From assembly GCA_032718475.1 (NCBI GenBank), contig JAUCBJ010005093.1, forward strand, positions 1 to 64,000: a DNA stretch of 64,000 nucleotides, given 5' to 3'. Every line of letters begins with the position of its first letter. The stretch's first letter is position 1. Source of the DNA: Nemertoderma westbladi (Eukaryota > Animalia > Xenacoelomorpha). Both the position numbers and the translations under genes were made by a program. The notes under the pieces were generated by a model. It made no database searches and was not told the origin of the DNA. It saw nothing but the letters and a program-made list of their open reading frames with translations. Of this stretch, positions 49,180 through 60,300 are shown one piece after another.

Positions 49180-52040
49180 AGGGAGGGTCTAGCCCAGCAC
49201 TGGGACCGTTCATTAAGTGTTGTCATTTTAATGCTCGCTCATTAAAAAATAAACTGATAGAGTTACAATATTTACTATCTGATCAACAATACGATATAGT
49301 TTGCATAACTGAGACGTGGCTTAATAACGATGTACCAAATTCTTTACTAGTGAATGGAAGTAACTACTCGGTAATTGCCAGGGCTGACCGTAAACTCCGC
49401 GAGGGTGGAGGCGCCGCGATTTTAGCTCGTAACAATCTTAAATGTGTCGAAGTACCTCTCCCTGCTAACTCAAACAATACAGAATACTCGTTGGTGGTCA
49501 TTGATATATTAGGCCATCTCGCTCTCTCCCATCGGTTAGCCTGTGTGTATAGGCCACCTCCCCGTCCGGATGTTTCAGATCACAGTCAGATCCTCTGGAA
49601 TGACCTATCAGTTCTTTGTGATGTTGTTTTTCCGTTTACCATTGTAGGTGATTTTAATTTTCCCCAATTCGATTGGAAAGAATTTTCTTACCCCGACAAT
49701 TACCTGTATAATAAATTCGGTGATTTTGTGTTACAAAATAGTTTATACCAGATCCAGTTAGTCCCCACTTGTGGAGATAATGTTCTGGATCTAGTGTTTA
49801 CTACTGACCGGAAATTTATCAGCGACGTTCACACTGACGCGCCGTTTTCCACTAGTAACCACGATTGTGTTGTGTTTGATATCATTGTATGTAGAAATGA
49901 CAGCGCACCTGCACCTATTACGGGATACTATGACTACTCAAACGGAGACTATACTTCTTTTAATAATTATATTAGAAATGCTGATCTTATTTCACAGCTT
50001 GCTTCTTGTACTACAGTGAATGAATATTACAATACTTTTAGTGCTGTAATTAAATCAGGTGTTGAACAATTTGTTCCTTTTAAATCGTTTAATGTCGATA
50101 AAAGAAAAAGTTATCCTTTATATGTTAAGCGCCTGCAGCGCGCAAAAAAAAAGCTGTGGAAAAGGCGTAATACCGCGCATGGGAAACAGGCGTATCAGCG
50201 GGTGGCACTACTAGCTTCCAAAGCGGCTCTTCGTGCCACCTGCGCATACGAAACTAAAATTCTCAACTCGGCCGACCCCAATAAAATATTTAAATATATG
50301 AACTCCAAAAGGAAGGATCGTAATGTAATTGGACCTTTGAAACATAACGGCGAAACTGTAGTAGATGACAGTACTAAGGCGAAAATTTTCGCCAACGTGC
50401 TAGCGGAAAATTTTTCGAATGACAACCACAGTGTCCCAATATTCAACCGTAGGGTTCCTACTGGTACATATTTGTCTACTGTAGATTTATCCCCAGTTCG
50501 TGTGTTAACAATGTTAACTAAAATGCCAGCCAAAAAGAGTGCGACGCCAGACAACTTGCCTAGCATTTTATTTGCCAGATTAGCTATTAATATCGCCGCA
50601 CCACTATCTGTTTTATTTAAGTTATCTCTCGAAACATACACACTTCCATCTGCATGGCTCACAGCTACTATTATACCAATGTTTAAAAAGGGTGATCCTT
50701 GTAACCCATACAATTACCGTCCAATATCGTTAACGTGCATATCTTGTAAAGTGATGGAAATGTGTATAAAAAGTGACATTATTCTGTATCTACGCAATAA
50801 TAATATTATTTCGAAGTCCCAACACGGGTTTCTTCATCGTAAATCCACGTGTACCCAGCTATTAGATTGTGTGACTGACTGGTTTCGTATTTTAGATAAA
50901 CGTAGGAATATCGATATTATATATGTTGACTTTCCCAAAGCTTTCGATTCTGTAGTTAAATCAAAATTATTGTGTAAGTTAGCTGCTTATGGGATTTCTG
51001 GAAATCTACTAGATTGGTTGAATGCTTTCCTCTCAAACAGATCTCAACAAATTATTGTCGGAAATGAGTTTTCACCATTAGTTGCTGTGAAATCAGGCAC
51101 ACCCCAAGGAAGTGTTCTGGGACCAGTGCTATTTCTTGTTTTCATTAACGATCTGCCAGACCTGTTAAATCCCATAGCAGTGAAACTTTTTGCTGATGAT
51201 GTGAAATTGTATTCTAGTACAACCGAGAGTGAATCCCTCGCCCAAGCACTCAGCAAGCTGGAGGCATGGGCGAGCGAATGGCAGCTCTCTATTGCAACCC
51301 ATAAATGTATTGTTATTTATGTTGGCTCATCCAATGCGAAGCGCGAATACACTCTCAATTCGTCTGTGCTCACCTCTGATACACACTGTAAGGACCTGGG
51401 CCTAACAATTTCATCCGATCTAAAATTCGATCTTTATTGTAGAGACCAAACAGCAAAAGCTTACAAAGTTATCAATATGTTATTCCGGAGCATCGTAACT
51501 AGTAACCGTCAAGCTTTAATAATAGCTTATAAAGCCATAGCTCGGCCACTTGTAGAATATTGCACGCCTGTCTGGTCTCCACATACAAAACGCAGCATAG
51601 ACATGATTGAGGGTGTTCAACGCTACTTTACTCGTCGTCTGTGTATGCGCTGTAAGATACCCTACTCTAGCTACATGGACCGCCTCGAACTGCTTTCCCT
51701 ACAACCTTTAGAAGTGCGTCGAATGATATTCGACCTAAAAATGGTTTACAAAATTACACACGGTCTTGTTGATCTTGACTTTGATAATTATTTCTCTCAA
51801 GCTCCCCGAGCTGGTCTTCGTGGCAACAGTAGGAAACTTTACGTACCTAGGTGTCGTTTAGATATCAGCAAACATTCTTTCTCATCTCGTGCAGTCAGAT
51901 TATGGAATAATCTCCCTTCTTCAGTAGTTGATTCTTGTAACCTGAACATATTTTCACGCAAGTTGCTGGCGATCGACTTTTTGGAACACTGTAATTTTAC
52001 ACGACCCCCTGGCAATCCATTATTTTTAGCACAACAGTGA
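49167..52040 (+). CDS. LINE ORF2: AP endonuclease plus reverse transcriptase
   Basis: Frame open from the ORF1 overlap: HFNARSL, ITETWL, GDFN, LDLVF, SNH; YRPISLT, DFPKAFD, PQGSVLGP, FADD. Confidence 0.95.
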   Translation, partial: GKQVKGGSSPALGPFIKCCHFNARSLKNKLIELQYLLSDQQYDIVCITETWLNNDVPNSLLVNGSNYSVIARADRKLREGGGAAILARNNLKCVEVPLPANSNNTEYSLVVIDILGHLALSHRLACVYRPPPRPDVSDHSQILWNDLSVLCDVVFPFTIVGDFNFPQFDWKEFSYPDNYLYNKFGDFVLQNSLYQIQLVPTCGDNVLDLVFTTDRKFISDVHTDAPFSTSNHDCVVFDIIVCRNDSAPAPITGYYDYSNGDYTSFNNYIRNADLISQLASCTTVNEYYNTFSAVIKSGVEQFVPFKSFNVDKRKSYPLYVKRLQRAKKKLWKRRNTAHGKQAYQRVALLASKAALRATCAYETKILNSADPNKIFKYMNSKRKDRNVIGPLKHNGETVVDDSTKAKIFANVLAENFSNDNHSVPIFNRRVPTGTYLSTVDLSPVRVLTMLTKMPAKKSATPDNLPSILFARLAINIAAPLSVLFKLSLETYTLPSAWLTATIIPMFKKGDPCNPYNYRPISLTCISCKVMEMCIKSDIILYLRNNNIISKSQHGFLHRKSTCTQLLDCVTDWFRILDKRRNIDIIYVDFPKAFDSVVKSKLLCKLAAYGISGNLLDWLNAFLSNRSQQIIVGNEFSPLVAVKSGTPQGSVLGPVLFLVFINDLPDLLNPIAVKLFADDVKLYSSTTESESLAQALSKLEAWASEWQLSIATHKCIVIYVGSSNAKREYTLNSSVLTSDTHCKDLGLTISSDLKFDLYCRDQTAKAYKVINMLFRSIVTSNRQALIIAYKAIARPLVEYCTPVWSPHTKRSIDMIEGVQRYFTRRLCMRCKIPYSSYMDRLELLSLQPLEVRRMIFDLKMVYKITHGLVDLDFDNYFSQAPRAGLRGNSRKLYVPRCRLDISKHSFSSRAVRLWNNLPSSVVDSCNLNIFSRKLLAIDFLEHCNFTRPPGNPLFLAQQ

Positions 52041-52321
52041 CAAATATCTTTTTTGTCATTTTTTTTATTGTTTTAGTTTTTCGTCTCGTTTTTCTTTTTA
52101 TAAGTCTCAATTTTATTAGAAATTTAAAATATTATAGCAATTTGTAAAGTGTACTGTATGTGCATTACAGTATATTTTATGTTCACTTTATAGTACCCAA
52201 ACTCCCGTAAGTGCCTTGAGCCTGGGCAGTTTCCCTCCCTCGACCTTTTGTGTATTCTTTGTTCTGTATGTATGTTTCTATGTTATGTGTATTTCACATA
52301 TTTTAATATCGAGTTTTTAAA

Positions 52322-52352
<31 letters not shown>

Positions 52353-54199
52353 AAAAGACGTAACGCCGTTCTGTATATCGTTCTTTATAATTGCCAAACC
52401 CTTTATTGAATAATTAATTAATAATTTCCCTACGCATGATAATATGGTAGTGGCAGGCTACAATCTCTAACACAGTTTGATTGAATACAATTTTGTTGTA
52501 GGCAATTGTATACAAATTAATAACAATTAAAACGTATAACATGAATTGAATTTTTTGTATAATGACCAGTCAGGAACAAATAATGAAATAAACAGCAAAA
52601 TCAAAGTAAAATATCACAGAATAAGTAAACAACAAATATATGGCCCATTACGTAAATGGTTTTGATATTTCGGTTAAAGTTAATCACAGACTTAAAAAGA
52701 ATATGTTTATGACGTAATAATAAGTGACAACAACGTAATGAATTGCATCAATTAAAATACTTTGAGTTAATATTATTCACTAGATTTATAGATCTAATTT
52801 GTAGTCTATATAAAATAATGTACATATAGTGGGTTTAATAAATAATACCTCACAACAATGTTAAATTATTAAAAGGAGCAGGTTACAGTTGGCAGTTGGC
52901 TACAGAGGCACATTATTATTATATCCTTCGGGTAAACAAAAAAAAAACAGGTTACAGATTTATTTCTGGGAGAGTAATCAGTACTTATTTGAATCGATAT
53001 CTCCCTGGAGAGGGATGATTTTGATTGCATCGCAAATCCTCCCTATCTGAACAAATCATATTTAAAAAATTAAATGTTAATTATAATTATAGCTGAGTGA
53101 GCTTAATTTATTAAACTGTAATAATAAATCAATAGGCCTAGGCGCTACAAAAGTACAATTTAAAAACTGAAACAATAAATAGTTTGTAATAACAGTTAAT
53201 GTGAAGTTTTCAAATCGAAATCGAATCGAAAGTTTTGTAGTAATGCTGTCCCTGCGCCCTGCCCCTTCAACTGAAAACTGGGGACCTCCCAATAATAAGA
53301 ATTCCAATCTTTAGTCCTCGGCTGTTGAAATCCACCATCCGTACAGCAGTACAGACAAATAAGTCAATCCCCCACCTGTCAGTGCTGGTTTAAGGGGACT
53401 TCCTGGTCCTGGCAGACTTGAATTCTGTAATTGGTAGGTCTAATCACTAATGCAGTAATGTGTGAATCCAGAGGGTAAAGGCGAACTCGCATTCAGGTAG
53501 ATATGCTTTATTTATGAGTTCAGGTTAAATAAATCACAAAACCAACTGAAAACTATAAAACCCAAAATATAAGCTACTGTACAGTGCAGTAGGCCTGCAG
53601 TAACTACACTACAGTAATATAGAGATAGGCCTTGCAGTACAGCAGTATAACAATACATATACACAATAAACATTGAATACAGGCATGCCAGACAGCCAGA
53701 ATGAGTATTGTACAACATACCATCGGCCTACTGTATGCCATTTACATGTGGAAAATTCCTCCATTACCGCGAATTTTAAAATTAGCCAATCATCAATCTC
53801 AGATTAGATAATAGAAGTGACAGCGTCTATCGCATAATGTTTATTTTATGTGACAAAATAACATTGTTCTGATATGTAACAAATCATGTTCTTAAAATGT
53901 TAGAACTAAACACTTATGTAAAAGCTTTTGCTGAATTGTCCGGTTATTTTTCCTTATTTTTCCCGTAAAATACTCTGTAGTTGGTTTACCAGGCATAAAA
54001 AGGCCGTGTCCTTGCTGTACTGGTGTTTTAGCGGACATAAAAGCTATTTCTTCTGTATTTGTACTTTAGAGGACATAATCCGTAATTCCGTGACGTAAAA
54101 GCTCGATACTCTTGAAAACAGTGTCGCTACCATGACGACAGCTAGCAGCTGATATTGCCACGACGTTTCTTTGTTTCTCTGTTCTCTCGTTGTTCAGGT

Positions 54200-54265
54200 T
54201 GACCAATCAGAGCGTTTGTTGTCTTTGTGTTGGAGGTATATACAGAACTAGAGTAGTTCAGTGTT
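54200..54265 (+). promoter_or_regulatory. Possible Pol II promoter (CCAAT, TATA-like, Inr-like)
   Basis: GACCAATCAG ~54201, GTATATAC ~54236, TCAGT ~22 nt further downstream; motif spacing only. Confidence 0.35.
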
Positions 54266-55545
54266 ATGTTTTTGCCCAGAGCCTAAGAACCGGCTTTGGC
54301 ACCTCCGTGTTTTCAGTTTTTAGTCTTACACTAGTAGGTTTAATTATAAAGGGCATATATCCTTTAACTCATGGAATCACTGCTGACTGATCATACATGC
54401 TGACTGCTGAAACATTGCAAACTCATAACAATCAGTGTTTTCATTGTTGTTTTATACTGCTATTTACTGTCAGTTCTTCATAACATGGTTGATGAATTAT
54501 TATATTTGGAATAACGATAAATAACCCCGAAACCCAATATTCTTGATATACCGAAGGTAAGAGAGAAGGGTTACAGATAAACGATTGTGACTTATGTTAA
54601 AGTGGTTTGAAGTGAATCTAATGTTATTTGATAGACCCTACATGAGTCAGTCCGTGTTCCTTTTATATGTGACTAAAATCAGTGAAGATTGGCAAATTAG
54701 TGTGCAGTATTGTGCAGCATTGTGTATGAGTGAGTCTGTTAAAGAAGCAATTCCTAAAGAATGCGCCATATATGTGAATTATAATTAAGCCATATCGTTG
54801 TGAGTAGTTTAAGTCATAACTCTGTTTATATAGATAAAGCGCCACGTCCTAAAGGAACTGTTAATATTACCGAAGGTGAATAATATTGTCAGAGATTATA
54901 TAATACTGTCAGTCGAATAATACATTAGGCTTACATAGCAATAAAATTAAACCGTCGAACCCAATCTCCCAGGAATATCCAGCGGGTGAATGATCGCGCA
55001 CAGATTGGTTTCGACTAGTGTAGTGAATCAAATACTTGTCATAGACTAAAAACCGATTTAATATCTAGCAGACATCTTAATTTGGTGGGTTAAACTGCCA
55101 AAGGTCTGAAAGCGCGAACATTAAAGGATATAGCTTCTTTGTTGCAGTAAGCAATAAAGTTGAAAGTACCGGTCAACCGGTAAACCTGAACCGGTACATC
55201 TATAGGTCGGTAGGCTCAACCGTTAGAACCGGTACATCTGTGGGTCAGTAGGCCCTACTGCTAGAACCGGTACTTCTGTAGGTCCATAGGCCTAGCTGTC
55301 CTAACCGGTGCTTCCGTATAAGTACACTAGTATTATTCGATTTGATTGTTGTATACCGGTAGGCTGTTTGAGGGATTAGGGATTGATCACCCCTTATACC
55401 TTTATATGGTTTACTTATCTCTGTCAAGTTTTATTTATCTGTAGGCCAGTATTGAACAGAAGGCGTGTAAGCCTGATCAGATTGTACAGACGATTTGTAG
55501 GCTGAGCTGTTGTCTGATTGCTGTTAAGTCCGAACGAATTGCAGT

Positions 55546-56060
55546 GTGTGTAGATCACCTGTCCGATTAAGTACGATTAGGCAGTAGGGGCAGCGAACGC
55601 TGTAAGGTAAACCCCCAACTAAAGAATAAGTCGCACTACTGGGTTAGAGCGCATACTCCCTAATCATTTCGGAGTCTGCATGTCCTGAGGTTTATTTAGG
55701 CTTGAGAGTAGTCTGCCATCGTTTAGTCTGTACTTTGTTTGTGTAAGTCTGTACGGGTAGCGTATAATTTTATTTAGATAATTTGTAGGCTGGATAGTTG
55801 TCTGGCTGTTATTAGGTCTGAACGGATTGCCGCGTGTGTAGATCATCTGTCCGATTAAGTACGGTTAGGCAGTAGGGGCAGCGAACGCTGTAAGGTAAAC
55901 CCCCAACTAAAGAATAAGTCGCACTACTGGGTTAGAGCGCATACTCCCTAATCATTTCGGAGTCTGCATATACCGTAGTTTGTTTAGGCTTGATAGTAGT
56001 CTGTCAGTGTTCGGTCTGTATTTTGTTTGAGTAGTTTGTACGCGTAGCGTAATATTTATT
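55546..56060 (+). repeat. 288-bp-period duplication in the leader of element C
   Basis: GTCCGATTAAGTACG...GGAGTCTGCAT at 55561 and 55849, ~135 nt nearly identical. Confidence 0.9.
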
Positions 56061-57380
56061 ATTCAGAGTTTATGCGATTATCCGCAACATTCATTCCCCA
56101 AGTTTGTTCCTACAGTAATTGTGTTTGTTATACATACCGCTATAGTTAAATTAACCCCGGTACTACACGGGCTGCTCGGCGTAGGTAAAGACTGGTGATT
56201 TTGTGCATCGGTCACTCCAGCAGATGCCGTGGTTCTTTTAGCTGTCCAAGTATATTTAACTACTGATTATCTGTTGTACAAGTACTTGTACCTAATTTAG
56301 GGTTTAGTGTACAGTGCTTTCCGAAGTAATTATTGTAGACATTATATCTGTGTTGTAAAGTGGTTGATAGGCACATTCGATTAGCTCTATTAACTTCTAG
56401 GTAGGAGCACTCCGTGATACATAACGTAGAACCTATAGCGATACGGCTATAGGTCGTCAGGCGGTGGTATTTTTCTATCTGGACAACGCAGTGTATTTAC
56501 TACTACTTATTATTTCAAATACCGTAATACCCTGTCCATTGTAATAACCAGATTTCTAACCCTTTGTTAGGCTGGTTTGTAGACTTCTTGTAAAATTACC
56601 CTGAAAATTCGTATTTTGTGTTTTTTGTAAATTTTTGTGTTTATTTAGAGATTGTAATCTCACCCGAATTGTACGTAATCTGTAGTATTAAGTAACTTAG
56701 GTAAATTAGTATTATTTGTTTTAGTGTCCTATCAGTAACACTTCACTGAAAGCGCACCGCTTTGTGTAGTGATTACTCTCCAGAAATAATAACATTTATT
56801 TCAAACATTGACAAAACCCATTATAACGGGTATATATATTATAAATCAAATCTAACGATTTATAAATAGTAGGCCTACCATACAACCATTAGGTCTCCAT
56901 ATCAGTTGGTCTACTGCTCAAATAGCGGTAATAAAGTAAGAAAAGTAACCAAGTAACCCTTAAAATTCAGAAATTCAATTATTTAAAATAATTGACATAC
57001 CAGTATTTACAATAGGCTTATTATATTTATTTCTATAAATTTTAGGTTGAAATCATACCGGTATTCTGTAATTAATTCTAGTCTGTAATTATACTTATAT
57101 ATATACACTATAAGTGTAAACTGCATACCGGTATTCACGATAGGCCTATTATATATTTATATATATTTGTGCTAAAATTATATACCGGTTTCTGTGAAAA
57201 ACCTAGTCTGTAATAATATTTATATATACCATAAGCATACCGGTATTCTAATATTATATATATCACGCTACACTGAGTAGCAGTATCGGTAATTAATTAC
57301 TAGGCTAGCAGTTAATACTGAATTACTAGACTTGCTTTAACTGTATTTATAGCCGTAGGCATTCAACTGTGTAAACGAGC

Positions 57381-60300
57381 ATGTCTGACACAACCCAATC
57401 ACTGTCGGATAGTCTCCTAGATAGCGTTAGAATGACTGTCAGAAAGTGTCTTAAAAAGATCAGTGACCCAGATCCAAGTATAGAACATCCTAGATCCAAG
57501 TCTAAGTCACCTCCTGCTGTAAGAAGGGCCATCCCTACTGTATTAGTCTCAGACCCTGGGCTGGTCCAACATCGTAGGTCTATCATAGGCACTCGAGCTC
57601 GGGTCAAGCGGGACCAAGAAGCAGCGGAACAGCGACAACCCGCGAGCCAAGAGCTTACTTCTCAGCGGCCCAATAGCTCCGGTGGTTCGGATACTGTTGG
57701 GCGGACGCCCGAACGCGGAGCGAAGATGGCGGATAAGGTTTATGATGAGCGGCCAACCTATGAAGAATCAACCGACGCCACTTCTTCTCAAGAAGAAAGC
57801 GAAGTGACAGCAGAGAAACCGCATAAGAGGGATGCTATTGACATCTATCTGTCAGACTATCAACGCTTTGTAGGAGATGAAGAGTTGAGGAGAAGGCTGG
57901 AGGGGCTTAGCCCTAATAGTGAAGGAACCAAGCTTGTGCTGGATGCAATCGATGCGGAAATGTTAGCGGCGAACCAAGCTAAATTCGATGAACAACTCCG
58001 CATCGCTAGAGAACAAGGAGAACAAGTAAAGAAAAAACGTATAGAAGATAGAAAGACAACGGCAGTGGCAGCAGCAGTGGCAGCGGCAGAAGCCGAAAGA
58101 AAAGCGGCACTGGCAATGGCAGAGGCAGCGGCAGAAACCGAAAGAAAAGTGGCAGAAACCGAAAGAAAAGCGGCACTGGCAATAGCAGAGGCAGCGGCAG
58201 AAACCGAAAGAAAGGCGGCACTGGCAATAGCAGAGGCAGTGGTAGAAGCCGAACGGAGGGCATCTGAAGAGGCAACCCAACTAGAGTTGGAAATTCTTCA
58301 AGAGAAGCAAGACAACTTCAATAAACAGTTAACAGCGAGCAATATGCAGATGATGAGTCGATCTACTCCCAAGAGACAGGGGTATACATCATCTGAGGAA
58401 GGCGATACCACCGACACTGAAGGCGGAAGAAATCGATCTCGCCTAAGCAGACGTAAAAGAACATTCCACCGGCAGAAATTGCCTGATTTGCCTCCAGCTG
58501 TTAGAAGGCAACTAAATAACACCAAAATAGGTAGTACAGAACCCACAGACCAAATGATTACAATAGAAAGACTCCCTACTATAGTAGATGAGCCTGAAAT
58601 AAATAGGCCTGTTCTTGAAATCACCCCTTCGGTAATAGATACACCTGTGCTCCCTGAAGCTACCTATAAATTCCCTCTACATAGCACTAAGCTACCTGTG
58701 CCCCGTAGAACTGCCCAGGAGACAGTTCAGGTCCTGGACCCCGAGCGAAATATTCCGAATTTGTCGCCCGTTGTCCCTTGTCTGCCCGCTACGACGTTGG
58801 CGGATCCCGTTTCGGCGGTTGATGGGGTAGACGAGAGACGGCGGGGGATGGATATTCTCCTCGGAGAGATGAAGGAGAATCGGAGACTCTCCTCCCAACA
58901 GGTCCGAGAGTTGGAAGGGACTGTCCAACATTTAAAGGGAACAGTGAGGGAAAGTAAGTTAGAGTTGCAAGAAGTGCAGCAAAATAGTGCGCTAGAGCGC
59001 GATAAATTAGTAAATTTACAAAAGGGTATACCACCACCCCCTGTAACAATGTGTCAACCCGTTAGGTCTGAAGTATCTCATGCGCAAGGTGTGGAGCCTA
59101 CACGCATTTATACTGCTAGCGAAGTAGAAACTCCTATAGTGAACCCTATTAAGGGTAATTATAGACCTGTTGATAATGATATTCCCTATAGAACTGATCA
59201 TAATCCGAGAAATTTATATACCGATAACTCGATATTAAATAGCACGATGGCCCAAGAAAGTTTTACGCGTCAAATGGCTAGAACCGAAGCCCGGCAAGCG
59301 GTAAAGGTTGGAGAGATCGTCAAGTTCAATGGAGATGAGATGAAATGGTTACCTTTTAATGAATATTACAAAGATAACATACAGAACTCTGTACTATCTA
59401 ATGGAGAAAAACTTAGATACCTCATCGAGTGCTTGGAAGGATCTCCCAAGTTAATGGCGTTAAAGTTTATTGGACATCCCGACGGATTAAGACAAGTTTG
59501 GGATACACTAAACATCAGGTATGGTAATAGGAATAACATCGCTGGGTACTTATATGCAAAGTTAGTAGCGCCCCGAAAGTTTATTAGTAGCGGAATTATC
59601 GAGTTTTCCGATGAGATCAAGGAGATCTGCAGACAATTAGATTGGCTAGGTAAGTCTCATGAGTATCAGAGTGCTATGGTTATTAGAGCAGTGGCTTCTG
59701 CTTTACCGAAGGGTGGAGTAGGTACACGCTGGGATAAGAAAGTGTTATATATGATGGAACAACAACGACGAGACCCTACCATGGCTGATCTCATGTCATT
59801 CTTAGATGGAGAAGTGAAATTACAGCTCCTAAGGCAGTCCAGAGAGAGGACATTGGAAAACAAGGTAAGTGAGAAACCCGTTTCTAGGAGAAGGGTAACA
59901 CCAGTATGTTATACCGACGACGGTGAAAGCCAAACTTCTCAAGGAGAGGACAGCGGGAAAGACACTGACAGATCTTATTATGTCAATAAAATGCCTAAAG
60001 ATCAGGTAAGTAAATCCGAGTCTCGACCCAATGACAGAAGGGAACCGGTACAAAAAACCCTTCCTACGTCTCCTAAAAGAATTCAGGTGAGAAAGCCCGA
60101 GGAAAGAACAAGTGTGCACCACATAGCACAGGTTAAAGTAAGTAACATCAAGCCGAAATGTGTGCTGTGCGACGGGCCCCACCGTTTAAATGCGTGTGAT
60201 AAATTCCTGAGGAAATCACTAAAGGATAGACGTGAAGTCATGTGGGATAAGCGGTTGTGTTATAATTGCCTCAGACGAGGACACCAACGGCGAACCTGTA

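Larger units (their letters stand above)
48160..52356 (+). mobile_element. CR1/L2-group LINE, near full length, (TAAA)n tail
   Basis: ORF1, ORF2, 3' UTR and TAAA repeats at 52320-52356; 5' boundary approximate. Confidence 0.93.

Noticed and set aside
53849-54495. 5' LTR and PBS of element C (TGTGAC...ATAACA-TGGTTGATG)
   Set aside because: No second LTR copy or TSD in the window, and TGGTTGATG matches no tRNA 3' end I recognise.
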